Origin: a virus
Lineage: Duplodnaviria; Caudoviricetes
DNA length: 64,000 nt
IMG/VR virus record: IMGVR_UViG_3300016486_001578
Direction: 5' to 3' (one strand)
Positions 49,498 through 59,683 of this stretch are shown here, one piece after another. The position numbers and the translations under genes are program-made. Numbering within the stretch: the stretch's first letter is position 1; each line of letters starts with the position of its first letter. The notes beneath the pieces are model-generated. The model saw only the letters and a program-made list of their open reading frames with translations. It was not told the origin of the DNA and searched no databases.

Positions 49498-50610
49498 ATG
49501 AATATGATACAAGAAGAAATAACAAAAGAAGAAGAAGATTTTATCTTCGAGTCCCAAGAAATAAATAGGGGCGAAGATTACGAAGCGCTATTAGCGCTTT
49601 ATGAGGAATATCCTATTATAATTCCTGAAGAAGGAGATGTGTTGACCGCAATATACCAAGGTATATCATCAGATCAATTTATATTCTCAGTAATAGGCCT
49701 AAAAGATGATATTAGAGTGGAGACTAAATCATCAGAATCTAAATATATCTCTAATTTAGAAATAGGTGATGGGATTGATGTTTTAATAACAAACATAAAC
49801 GAAGATGTTTATTTAATAAACGGTAGTATATGTGATCTATATGAATCAAGAGCACACGAATCATTGAGATCAATGGATAAAGATGAGGCGGTGATGGCGA
49901 CTGTTAAATCTATTAATCCAGCAGGATATGAAGTTGAGGTCTTCTATAATGGTGTTGTTTTAGCTGGGTTTATGCCTAATACATTAGCCGGAATAAACAA
50001 GCTACATGATGCAGAATCTATAATAGATGAAACATTTGATGTGATGATTGAATCATTCTCACAGAGAGAAGGAACTTATATCGTTAGTAGAAAGAGATAT
50101 CTACAAACATTAATACCGGAACAAGTAGAATTATTAGAATATAATGAAGTTTATTCTGGTTATGTTACTGGTACTACAAAATTTGGAGTATTTGTAGAGT
50201 TTAGTGCAACACAAGATGTTCCTAATTGCTTAACTGGTATGGTACATAAAGCGAACCTTAACACAGATTGGAAAGACAGGATGGATGAAATCCAACCAGG
50301 ATTTGAAATAGATTTTTATATAAAGGAAGTTATTAAAAATAATAATTATAATAATTATAAAATTATATTAACACAGATCCTAAGAGAAACTCTTTGGGAC
50401 ACTATAAAAGGTGGCCAAGTTATGAGTGGTAAGATAAGAGATATTAAAAAGTTTGGAGCATTAGTTAATCTAGATGAAGAAACAGTTGGACTTGTTCACA
50501 TTTCTGAAATAGAAAAATCTGGAAAATCATTTGAACCAGGTGATGATATTGATGTAAAAGTTATATCCACTGATAGGAGCACTCGAAAGATATTCCTAGC
50601 CGTGGCTTAG
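49498..50610 (+). CDS. Ribosomal protein S1-like multi-S1-domain protein
   Basis: S1 repeats GFMP, TKFGVFVEF...GMVH, KKFGALVNL...GLVHISEI...VKVIS-x-D...KIFL. Confidence 0.85.
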   Translation: MNMIQEEITKEEEDFIFESQEINRGEDYEALLALYEEYPIIIPEEGDVLTAIYQGISSDQFIFSVIGLKDDIRVETKSSESKYISNLEIGDGIDVLITNINEDVYLINGSICDLYESRAHESLRSMDKDEAVMATVKSINPAGYEVEVFYNGVVLAGFMPNTLAGINKLHDAESIIDETFDVMIESFSQREGTYIVSRKRYLQTLIPEQVELLEYNEVYSGYVTGTTKFGVFVEFSATQDVPNCLTGMVHKANLNTDWKDRMDEIQPGFEIDFYIKEVIKNNNYNNYKIILTQILRETLWDTIKGGQVMSGKIRDIKKFGALVNLDEETVGLVHISEIEKSGKSFEPGDDIDVKVISTDRSTRKIFLAVA

Positions 50611-50618
50611 TTAGACGT

Positions 50619-50652
50619 AAAAAAACCTTGATATTTAAATCAAGGTTTTTTT
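50619..50652 (+). terminator. Intrinsic terminator
   Basis: AAAAAAACCTTGAT...ATCAAGGTTTTTTT. Confidence 0.8.
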
Positions 50653-50672
50653 ATGCTCTTAAATAAAAATAT

Positions 50673-51266
50673 ATGAAGAAATTAAATGTATCAATTTTTG
50701 TATCCGGAAGAGGAACTAATGCTTTGTCTATAATAGATAATCAAGACAAAATGCAATATTTAGTTAAATTGGTTATTGTATCAAACAATAAATCACCAAT
50801 CATTGATATTTGTAAAAGTAGAAATATACCATTTATTATACTCGATAAAAAGGAATTTAATAACACCAATAATATAATAGGTGATTTAGATAAATATAAA
50901 ATAGATATTATTTGTTTAGCTGGGTTTATGTGGAAAGTACCAGATTATTTGATAAACAGATTTGATAATAAAATATTAAATATACACCCTTCTTTGTTAC
51001 CAAAATATGGAGGCAAAGTTATGTATGGTATGAATATACACAAGTCAGTTATTGAAAATAATGAAAAAGAAAGTGGTTTAACAATCCATTTAGTGAATGA
51101 TAAATATGATGAAGGTGATATTATTTTTCAAAAAAAGATAAAGATAAGTGGTGATTCATCACAAGAATTGAGTGATAGAATTATAAAACTTGAGCATAAA
51201 TATTACCCAATAACCCTAAATATGTTTTGTCTAAATCTTATTACGATCAAAGACAACGCCTCTTGA
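50673..51266 (+). CDS. purN: Phosphoribosylglycinamide formyltransferase
   Basis: SGRGTN, LAGFM, NIHPSLLPKYGG, SGLTIHLV...YDEG, EH. Confidence 0.92.
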   Translation: MKKLNVSIFVSGRGTNALSIIDNQDKMQYLVKLVIVSNNKSPIIDICKSRNIPFIILDKKEFNNTNNIIGDLDKYKIDIICLAGFMWKVPDYLINRFDNKILNIHPSLLPKYGGKVMYGMNIHKSVIENNEKESGLTIHLVNDKYDEGDIIFQKKIKISGDSSQELSDRIIKLEHKYYPITLNMFCLNLITIKDNAS

Positions 51267-51683
51267 ATTTAGGTCGAAGGTGTCAATATCTTTATTCCAC
51301 ATTTTAAAATAACTACTAGGTCTACCATTTAGTATAGAATATCCATAATACTCTTTCAATAGACCGTATCTAATACTATCTCTATAATCAACATATTCAG
51401 GAGCCCTTTCTATATCAATAATTTTAATACTAATATCGTATTTAATAATTCCATAATAAGCTGGATATTTTATTCCTTTTGTTGTTCTTGTGGTCTCACC
51501 TAGTCTATAAATTTTAACAATATCAATAACCTCAATAACATCATTATCAATCAAATCCGAAAACATATGTATTATATCAATTTTATCTAATGGTCTAGCC
51601 GATATATCTAACATTCTCTTAACCTCATTCCAATTTTCTGTAAGCTCTATTCGGCCACTATTATATTGATCATATATTTTCAT
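51231..51683 (-). CDS. Hypothetical protein
   Basis: 150-aa ORF, late motif upstream. Confidence 0.6.
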   Translation of the reverse strand: MKIYDQYNSGRIELTENWNEVKRMLDISARPLDKIDIIHMFSDLIDNDVIEVIDIVKIYRLGETTRTTKGIKYPAYYGIIKYDISIKIIDIERAPEYVDYRDSIRYGLLKEYYGYSILNGRPSSYFKMWNKDIDTFDLNSRGVVFDRNKI

Positions 51684-51693
51684 TGGTTATATA

Positions 51694-52458
51694 TTAAACT
51701 ATTTTAAGTAGCACTTTATCAACAAAATTCTTCATATCAACAATATCAATATTATCTATTGTATCTTCTTTACCATGACATCTATATAATATTTTATAGT
51801 CTAAAAATTCCCCCCTATAAGATATATTTGACTTACCCTCTAAAACAGGAGGCAATGGGTTTATTACAACAGAGTCTATTCCATTTTTTCTAAAAGTAAC
51901 AGAATCATTATATGGTGTAGAAGAAACCGGACAATCAAAAATAGATAATATATGTTCTGATAATTTACCAGGGTAATCACCTATGAAAAAATACTCTCCA
52001 CCCTTTCCTGATAATTCTAGGTTCAGTACCCAATCTATATCGCCAAAATAACCATCATTTATTTGATCCGAGACCCTTTGTGAGCCTAGTCCACCAACTT
52101 CTTCGCCGTCTAATATAACCACGTTTATATCTGGTCTAATCATCTTCAGTGATATAGCATTTATAACAGATGCTGAGTTATCATTGGCATTATCTATATT
52201 TGGATTTACTATATCATGATGAGCAACGACCATCTTATCGGAGTCACCTTTCATTATTATATTATAGCAATTATTTTCTCCACCAAGAAAAGATTTTCCC
52301 GAAAAAACATCCAACTCATAATTAATTCCATTTTTATCCAATAAATCGGTTATAAAGTTTACCCTTGGTGTTGGTACATCACCATTCATAAAAACATTAC
52401 CGATGTTTCTAACTTTGCAAAAATTATATATTTCTGAATAAATATTATACAATGTCAA
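51694..52458 (-). CDS. M28-family metallopeptidase
   Basis: AHHD, ANDNSAS, DGEEVG, LNLE, CH...D. Confidence 0.85.
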   Translation of the reverse strand: MTLYNIYSEIYNFCKVRNIGNVFMNGDVPTPRVNFITDLLDKNGINYELDVFSGKSFLGGENNCYNIIMKGDSDKMVVAHHDIVNPNIDNANDNSASVINAISLKMIRPDINVVILDGEEVGGLGSQRVSDQINDGYFGDIDWVLNLELSGKGGEYFFIGDYPGKLSEHILSIFDCPVSSTPYNDSVTFRKNGIDSVVINPLPPVLEGKSNISYRGEFLDYKILYRCHGKEDTIDNIDIVDMKNFVDKVLLKIV

Positions 52459-53179
52459 TTAATTTTAATATATCTTTTAATTTCATATCCAACAATGGCT
52501 CAAAATCTTCTTTTTTAGTCCTTAGTTTATCACCATGCATTCTAATACCCCAATCTAAAATGGAGATGGCGTGTCTGTGTCTATCTAATATCGATTTAGA
52601 TAAAACTACCATTAGTTCTCTTTCTTTATTTTCTACTAGATCTATTTTTCTTATTTTCGAAGTTTTTATAAACTCTGGATCTTTATTCTCTAAAATACCA
52701 GCTAGTTGAATTTCTCTTGACTCTTCTTGATTTAACTTACGAAATCTCCAACCACCATAATATCTATATTTTCTAGGTATACCAACAAATCTTATATAAT
52801 TTTCCCTACGGACATAACCACTAGATGATGTTGTTTCTTTTAACATTACCTCCTCGATAACATATCTACCGTTTTTTGCTAATGTTTTAAATGTGTCTGC
52901 TTGACAAACAATAATATCTCCTTCTTTTACTGAAACATATTCAGTACCATACCTTCGACCAGGTGGTTGAGTATTACCAAGAATATTAGTTTTTGGTAAT
53001 TCCTTACCAAAATAGTCAACAAAATTTATGGCCTTAAAACTACCATAAGACTCACTAATCTCTAAAGTTCCCTCTACTATTTTATTATTAGTGCCATCAT
53101 TTCTTAGTTTTGTCAAATTATAAGCGACACCATTTAATAATTTTTTACTATTATTTTTTCTGTAAAATACTTTCATCAA
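52445..53179 (-). CDS. Hypothetical protein
   Basis: 244-aa ORF. Confidence 0.7.
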   Translation of the reverse strand: MMKVFYRKNNSKKLLNGVAYNLTKLRNDGTNNKIVEGTLEISESYGSFKAINFVDYFGKELPKTNILGNTQPPGRRYGTEYVSVKEGDIIVCQADTFKTLAKNGRYVIEEVMLKETTSSSGYVRRENYIRFVGIPRKYRYYGGWRFRKLNQEESREIQLAGILENKDPEFIKTSKIRKIDLVENKERELMVVLSKSILDRHRHAISILDWGIRMHGDKLRTKKEDFEPLLDMKLKDILKLIDIV

Positions 53180-53606
53180 AATTTTTTATTAATTCAATTA
53201 ATTCTTCTTTATCTAATTTATTTAATATGTCCTCTAAAACAACCTTTAATTTAAAGTTTATTATTTTATTTGACATATAATCTACATATTCTTCTGTTTC
53301 GCCTAATCCTAATCTAAGTAAATTAACATCACGGGTATTTAAATCCAATATACAAACATTTCCCTCATATGCTTCTTTTCCAAATTCATTAATTAGGTAT
53401 GATACCCCATCCATTTCTATTTTTAAATTACCACTATCTCCAATAAATGACAAAACATCAATATCCATTGGTGTTCCAATGGTAACTGATAGGTGGTCTA
53501 TTATATCCTTGGCGGCTTTCAAACCCAAACCAGTAGCTATCTTTATTGCTTTTACTGCTAATAATTTACTTGATAATTTTTTTCTAAGAAATATTCTAGC
53601 TTTCAT
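53151..53606 (-). CDS. Protein with ribosomal bL12 C-terminal-like domain
   Basis: KLLAVKAIKIATGLGLKAAKDIID matches the bL12 CTD motif. Confidence 0.75.
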   Translation of the reverse strand: MKARIFLRKKLSSKLLAVKAIKIATGLGLKAAKDIIDHLSVTIGTPMDIDVLSFIGDSGNLKIEMDGVSYLINEFGKEAYEGNVCILDLNTRDVNLLRLGLGETEEYVDYMSNKIINFKLKVVLEDILNKLDKEELIELIKNFDESILQKK

Positions 53607-53609
53607 TTT

Positions 53610-54218
53610 TTATATTAAAATTTCATTAATTATACCAACTTGTCTAATTAGACCATGGTCTTTGTAATTGTGTATCACATTATCAGCAAGTGAATTTTTA
53701 TCAAGTTCACTCATTTCTTTTCCTAATATATGATTTGCGGTTGTTCTATTAAAATTCTCATTTTTAGATTTTTTAGATCTTTCTACCCTGTCTATAAATG
53801 GCGCATAAACGCTTATGTTTCTGTCCATTCTTTTGTGCCAACCGGCCTCAAATAAAATACTAGAATTAAAAATAGTGTACCTAGCGCCTTTTTGTTTTTT
53901 TATAAATCTATTATATGCTTTGAATAAATCTTTTTCAACTATTTTAAGCAAATCTAAGAATTTTTTATCCTCATTTACTTTATTTAGCTTTATCATAGAA
54001 TAATCATCAGATATATAATCTACTCCAATTCTTTCTAAAATAGTAGAATTCATCGATAAGTCAGATAAAGCCGCATGATTTAAAATAAACTTTAATACAA
54101 TATCAGCATCAAAAATAGGAATATCAAAGCTATCAAAGAATACTTTAGCAACTTTATTTTTTCCTGAAAACCTATTTCCCGATAAACCAACTCTAATCAT
54201 AATATATAATTTATACAC
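53610..54218 (-). CDS. coaE: Dephospho-CoA kinase-like protein
   Basis: VGLSGNRFSGK, FDAD, ILFEAGW, ADNVIHN. Confidence 0.8.
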   Translation of the reverse strand: MYKLYIMIRVGLSGNRFSGKNKVAKVFFDSFDIPIFDADIVLKFILNHAALSDLSMNSTILERIGVDYISDDYSMIKLNKVNEDKKFLDLLKIVEKDLFKAYNRFIKKQKGARYTIFNSSILFEAGWHKRMDRNISVYAPFIDRVERSKKSKNENFNRTTANHILGKEMSELDKNSLADNVIHNYKDHGLIRQVGIINEILI

Positions 54219-54243
54219 AAATATAAGAAAAAAGAATTAAATA

Positions 54244-55218
54244 ATGGAATTAACTAAGAAAGAACTTGGATTTATATTATACAATAATAGATCAACTGAT
54301 GTTGTGAAGAATTTTTTACCAATTGATATAAACCCAATAAGGTTAATTAATATAGAGAATAAATTTGAAAAATCAAAATTAAAATATAGAAATATTAATA
54401 AAAATGTAGAAGTTAACTTAAAGGAAATAAACTTAGAAGCCGGAGATATAATAGTAGATAGAGATTTACTATTAAGCACCAATAATACCTTTGTAGATAA
54501 TATAGGAAAGTTCAGTGACCGGGAATTATCATTTATGAAAAATAGAAAGATACCAGATTCGGTAATAAAAAAATGGAAATTATTGGGTCTTTCTAATTTT
54601 AGCTCCGAAGAACTTGATATAATAGGAGCAACAGTTCATCCAACAATGTCAAGAGTGTTATCTAGCGAAATAGATGGGGGTGGTATAGTTTTCCCACTTT
54701 ATGATAATGGTGAATTGAAAAATTGTGCTATTAGGAGAATATCCATTGAAAATAACGAAAAGTCTTCTTTAAAGTACTCATTGGCTTGTCCTGATGTATC
54801 CATATGGAAATCAAAAGATATACAACCAGGTGATGAGATATGGTTAACTGAGGGCCTTTTTGATATGTTTGCACTAGATGAGTTGGGATATAAATCAGTT
54901 TCTTGTTCGAGTGCTATGTGGAGCGGAATACAACTATATGAGTTGGTTCTATTAAGACCGTCAGTTATTAACATATTCTCAGATAATGATGAAGTTGGAC
55001 TTAGAGTATCAGCCATATTATTTGATTTTTTTACCAATTATGGGGTAAATTCTAATATTTACAAAAGTAATAATTATAAAGATGCTTCTGAACATTTTTT
55101 TGAAAATGAACAAAAAATAGAATCATTAGAAGTTATAAAGGACATAGAAAAATTATTATTAAATACAAATGATGAATCTTTTGACTTTATAAATTACATT
55201 AAAAATAGAAAATTTTAA
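54244..55218 (+). CDS. Toprim-domain (primase-like) protein
   Basis: IVFPLY, LTEGLFD, FSDNDEVG, KDASE. Confidence 0.75.
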   Translation: MELTKKELGFILYNNRSTDVVKNFLPIDINPIRLINIENKFEKSKLKYRNINKNVEVNLKEINLEAGDIIVDRDLLLSTNNTFVDNIGKFSDRELSFMKNRKIPDSVIKKWKLLGLSNFSSEELDIIGATVHPTMSRVLSSEIDGGGIVFPLYDNGELKNCAIRRISIENNEKSSLKYSLACPDVSIWKSKDIQPGDEIWLTEGLFDMFALDELGYKSVSCSSAMWSGIQLYELVLLRPSVINIFSDNDEVGLRVSAILFDFFTNYGVNSNIYKSNNYKDASEHFFENEQKIESLEVIKDIEKLLLNTNDESFDFINYIKNRKF

Positions 55219-55250
55219 TTTTAATATATATAAAAAATACAGGCAATTAG

Positions 55251-56078
55251 ATGATAAAAAAATATACACAATTTATAAAGGAGGGGTTTAGCCCAATTAT
55301 GATACCAACATTGGAGGAAGAAATAGATGAATATGGTTCAGATAATGGAGTTAGCTTTTCGACTTTATACCGAAGAGATGTAGATAGCTATCTAGATGAT
55401 ATGCATAAATACCTCGAAGATAAAGGTTGGTCATTAGAATCTATTAGAAAAAATCACACCAATGATGAATTGGTAGGAATGTATGATAGAATAGATTATA
55501 AAAATGGACTGATTGATGTATATTTTTATGATTTATTTAAAAAATTAGAAATAAAAAAAGAGGTATTTCTAGGAGGAGAAGGTTGGTGTGATTATCATGT
55601 AAATGAGGATGAAGCTTTCATAAGATATCAATATGGAATGCACGAAACAAAATATGGGAAAATATGTATCGAACAAGGAGGCGATTTGGAAGATTTTGTA
55701 ACAACATCAAGGGGTTATTTCAGAGAACACATAGACTCCGACTTAATGGGTAATATAACAACAATATATTATAACCAAGCGAATAGTACTTGGTTTAGAA
55801 AGCTAATAAAAGATGATGAGAAAATAAAGAAAATGAGTGAATTCTCTGTAGTAGAAGAAGATAGATATATAATATTCACAAGTGAGATAGCTAAATATTT
55901 AAATAACTTGGAGCTAGAAAATGGTGGGTTATTATCTAGTATATTAGAGGTAAATGAGGAAATGATATCATCAAAAATATCAAATTTCTTAGAGGGGTTA
56001 AAATTAGAGGTAGGTTTCACAGGAAACGAATATATAATTTATAGCAATGATATGTTTGGTGATGACTTCTTAAAATAA
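55251..56078 (+). CDS. Acidic hypothetical protein, MIKKYTQFIKE N-terminal motif
   Basis: ORF with late motif upstream. Confidence 0.7.
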   Translation: MIKKYTQFIKEGFSPIMIPTLEEEIDEYGSDNGVSFSTLYRRDVDSYLDDMHKYLEDKGWSLESIRKNHTNDELVGMYDRIDYKNGLIDVYFYDLFKKLEIKKEVFLGGEGWCDYHVNEDEAFIRYQYGMHETKYGKICIEQGGDLEDFVTTSRGYFREHIDSDLMGNITTIYYNQANSTWFRKLIKDDEKIKKMSEFSVVEEDRYIIFTSEIAKYLNNLELENGGLLSSILEVNEEMISSKISNFLEGLKLEVGFTGNEYIIYSNDMFGDDFLK

Positions 56079-56086
56079 TAAAAAAT

Positions 56087-57193
56087 ATGATAATAAATTT
56101 AGAATCAAAAACAGGACTTGCTGGTTTTTATGTGGTCTACGAAGGATCCACCAACTTAGAAAAGCCAGGATGGTATGGAATATCACACCTAATGGAGCAC
56201 CTTATGTGTAAAAATTTTGATCACCTACAAGAAGACTTCGATAAAGATGGAATAGACTGGAATGCTTATACCTCATCAAATGAGATAGTTTTCTATATAA
56301 CTGGATTAGAAGAAAAGGTAGAAAAATGGAAATATGAATTTATTAAATTATTGAGTGGGTTTGATGTAACCAAAGAAGAATTCGAAAATGAAAGAAAAAT
56401 TGTTTTAGAAGAATACATGGACGCCTTTAATGACCAAACACCAACACACGAAATGAATTTATTAAGAAGTAAATTTAATGATTTTAGTCCAATTGGGTCA
56501 AAAAAAGACTTAAAAAATTTAAAATTTATGGATTGTTTGAACTTTTTTGAACTTCAATATAGCCAACCAACTAAAATTATAAATGTTTCTAACAAAAAAT
56601 ATAAAAACAATATAATAAACTTCAACACAAATGAAGTTACTAAAAAGATTGAATTTGGAGAATATGATAATGAGCTAGAGCTTGGTAATAAATTTGATGA
56701 CAAATCATCACTTATTATGATATCACCTGTGATTGATGAAGATTTTGGTTATATTCATTTTATAAATTCAATGTTAGCACTTGGGCTAAAATCACCATTA
56801 TATCAAGAAGTAAGAGAAAAGCGTGGATTAGTTTATTACATACATTGTTATTTATCTAGAATGAATAAAGAGGGTATAATACAATTAGCTACACAAACAT
56901 CTAATAAAAATATTGACGAGGTCATAAGTTCAATTGAGTTAGTTCTAAGAAACCCGGATAAATATTTAACAAAAAGTAGATTCGATATAGTAAAGGAATA
57001 CTATAGTGTTAGATTAAAAAAGAGTGATATATTAAGACACAATAGTGTGGGGAGATGGATAAATCCGGATGGGTTCTCTGTTTATGATATATTAGAAGAT
57101 GTTACCATGGAAAAGATAAGAGAAGTATATGACAAATACTATAACTTTGATAGCTTCTATTTATCCAATGATAAAACAGAGTTTACAAAATGA
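56087..57193 (+). CDS. M16 (insulinase) family peptidase
   Basis: GISHLMEHL, NAYTS, ERKIVLEE, LYQEVREKRGLVY. Confidence 0.92.
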   Translation: MIINLESKTGLAGFYVVYEGSTNLEKPGWYGISHLMEHLMCKNFDHLQEDFDKDGIDWNAYTSSNEIVFYITGLEEKVEKWKYEFIKLLSGFDVTKEEFENERKIVLEEYMDAFNDQTPTHEMNLLRSKFNDFSPIGSKKDLKNLKFMDCLNFFELQYSQPTKIINVSNKKYKNNIINFNTNEVTKKIEFGEYDNELELGNKFDDKSSLIMISPVIDEDFGYIHFINSMLALGLKSPLYQEVREKRGLVYYIHCYLSRMNKEGIIQLATQTSNKNIDEVISSIELVLRNPDKYLTKSRFDIVKEYYSVRLKKSDILRHNSVGRWINPDGFSVYDILEDVTMEKIREVYDKYYNFDSFYLSNDKTEFTK

Positions 57194-57915
57194 TATTACC
57201 TTATTTAGGTGAGAAGTCCAAATTTTCAAATTTTATAATACCACACATACCAAGTGATATGAAGACTTATGTAGAACCATTTGGTGGACTTATGGGTATT
57301 TTCTTATCAATGGACTTAGATGATTTTTCATTTGATAAATTTATTTATAATGATATTAATTTTTTAAACTACAATTTATTCAATCACTTAAAAAAACAAG
57401 AATTCATAAAAAGGTTATCAAAAATAGATTTAGATGAGGAAATATATCGAGTGTGTGTTGATAGTATATTGGATAATAAAATGACTAATTTAGAAATGGC
57501 AATAAATTGGGTAATTGTGTTAAGTTGCTCAGATCCAACAAGAGTAGGAGAATACTCTTGGAGAGGCCCAAGTGAATTTCAGATATTTAGATTAAAGTAT
57601 TTAGATTATAAGCCAAATTTAGATTCCTTATCAGAAGTAAAAAATTTAGATTATAAAGATATAATAGAATTATATGATTCAAAAGAAACTTTCTTTTATC
57701 TAGACCCACCATATAAAGGAAAAGAAGACTATTATATAAATCATGATTTCAAAGGAAATAAGCACAAAGAATTATCAGGTATATTAGAAAATATAGATGG
57801 TAAATTTCTATTGAGTTATTATAACTTTGAGGGAATAAAAGAAATGTATAGTAATTGTAGGTTTGAATCTAAATCAACAATAATGGGAACTGAGTTATTA
57901 ATAATGAATTATTAA
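57190..57915 (+). CDS. Dam-like DNA adenine methyltransferase
   Basis: YVEPFGG, YNDIN, YLDPPY. Confidence 0.85.
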   Translation: MILPYLGEKSKFSNFIIPHIPSDMKTYVEPFGGLMGIFLSMDLDDFSFDKFIYNDINFLNYNLFNHLKKQEFIKRLSKIDLDEEIYRVCVDSILDNKMTNLEMAINWVIVLSCSDPTRVGEYSWRGPSEFQIFRLKYLDYKPNLDSLSEVKNLDYKDIIELYDSKETFFYLDPPYKGKEDYYINHDFKGNKHKELSGILENIDGKFLLSYYNFEGIKEMYSNCRFESKSTIMGTELLIMNY

Positions 57916-58484
57916 TCTTTCTTATTCTTAAGGTCTTTCTGCATTGACCTAGCACGATCGATTTGTTCTTTTGATAAGTTTTTCATCCTTTCTAATCGAC
58001 CTTCCATTAAAGCAGGATCTGTTTCGGAATTATAATTTTCTTTGGCACACTCTATCAATTTTGATAAATTTTCAAAATTTTCAGGATATATATCCAAAAG
58101 CGATTCTAAAAATTTAAGCCTATGTTCTTTGTAAATTTCGTTACCAAATATTTGGAACTCTCCATAAATTCCATTTTCCCACTCCAATAAAGCACTAAAA
58201 TCTCTTTCCACGATATTCATATCATAATTAATGAAGTCATTTGATAGGCTATTATTGGATTTATGTGATTTTGTATCTAATATCATTTTATACACATCAA
58301 TTATATTAACATCATCTTTATTTAGGCAACAATTTAAGAAAAATTCTGCTGATTTTTCTTCATTATCCCGATTAGTAACATCATATATACAATCATGAAA
58401 CAAGGCTGTTAGTATTAATTTTTCATAATCTATTTGTGAATAGTCATTCTTATTACTATCAATTTGTTTTATAACATCATCTAT
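57912..58484 (-). pseudogene. 3' part of the HD-domain phosphohydrolase (no own start)
   Basis: IDDVIKQI...LILTALFHDCIYD...NEEKSA; no ATG between the upstream TAG and the HD motif. Confidence 0.85.
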
Positions 58485-58703
58485 ATGCTTAAAAAAGTAG
58501 AACTAGGTTGGCGATGGTTTCAGAATATGGAAGTAGACAAAAAAACCGAAGGATTTAATGAACATAAATTTTACTCTTGGAAAGTAATCAACAAAGATGG
58601 TAAAAATATGGGAAGTAGCATACATAACACTGAATCAATACAAGATTCTGGATTATGGGAAAAAAATCAGATGAAATGCCTGGATATTACGAATGGAAAA
58701 TAA
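58485..58703 (+). pseudogene. 3' part of the hypothetical gene begun at 30792 (-)
   Basis: MLKKVELGWRWFQN...; in-frame junction after inversion; probable homopolymer frameshift near 58663. Confidence 0.65.
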
Positions 58704-59106
58704 AAAAAATAAAATAAAGATGGAAAACAAAGAAAAAATTAAAAGCGAAGTATTAAATTACTTAAATAGATCAACTAATCATTTATATAAAATTGACGAC
58801 AAAGAAAATAAGATTCTAGTAAGTGGTGATTTTATAATAAGAATAACCGGTAATAACATAAGTATAATTGATATAGATCAAATGATAACTTATTATGGTA
58901 ATAATTCAAGATGTGTTATTAAACATATGTTATTCTTGAATCCTAGATTCAATTATGATGATTTTGATAAAATAGAAGGCATCCCATATTATAAAGATGC
59001 TCGCAAGAAATATAATAAGATTTTAAATGAAATATCTGGTCTTAAAAATAAAGAAGAGATAAAAACAAAGATTAAAGAAATGTCTAGATTCTATTCTGTT
59101 GCATAA
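58693..59106 (+). CDS. Hypothetical protein
   Basis: ORF; start may be the second Met at 58720. Confidence 0.6.
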   Translation: MENKKNKIKMENKEKIKSEVLNYLNRSTNHLYKIDDKENKILVSGDFIIRITGNNISIIDIDQMITYYGNNSRCVIKHMLFLNPRFNYDDFDKIEGIPYYKDARKKYNKILNEISGLKNKEEIKTKIKEMSRFYSVA

Positions 59107-59109
59107 AAA

Positions 59110-59137
59110 ATAAAGGGGTAATTAATCCCCTTTTTTT
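59110..59137 (+). terminator. Intrinsic terminator
   Basis: AAAGGGG...CCCCTTTTTTT. Confidence 0.6.
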
Positions 59138-59161
59138 ATAAAAAAGTAGTATATTTGTGAT

Positions 59162-59611
59162 ATGGAAAAATTACAAATGATAATAATCAGCGCACTTGTT
59201 GTTAGTGCAATAAGTTTTAATGTTTCAATGAGTTGGATCTTTCTTAATTTCAGAGAATGGATATCAAGTAAGAGTAAATTTTTGGAGAAACTGATACATT
59301 GTCCTTGGTGTTTTGCACACTATGTTACTTTTGTGATGTTGTTGGTTATACCAAGTCTTATCATTGATGTAGTTCCTAAACAATCAATTAGTGATATAAT
59401 CTTTCACTTCTCTTTATTAAAAGATATTACGCAAGTTTTTATTAACTTTTTAGTATTATCAATTAATTTCTTATTTACATCATTTTCAATAGTTGGCTTA
59501 ACTGGATTAATCCATTATATTCTTCTTATAGCATATGACCCAGCTAAAAAGGCTGAAAAGTTAAGAGAAATAGAAAAAAGAAAATTATCGAAAAAAGAAG
59601 AAAATAAATAA
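59162..59611 (+). CDS. Membrane protein with CPWC motif (DUF1360-like)
   Basis: Hydrophobic helices, LIHCPWCFAHY. Confidence 0.65.
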   Translation: MEKLQMIIISALVVSAISFNVSMSWIFLNFREWISSKSKFLEKLIHCPWCFAHYVTFVMLLVIPSLIIDVVPKQSISDIIFHFSLLKDITQVFINFLVLSINFLFTSFSIVGLTGLIHYILLIAYDPAKKAEKLREIEKRKLSKKEENK

Positions 59612-59683
59612 TTACCCTTCTTTTTATATATAGTATGGTAGAACTTTTTTTAAATATATATTAAAAAATTAAAAGAATATAAT

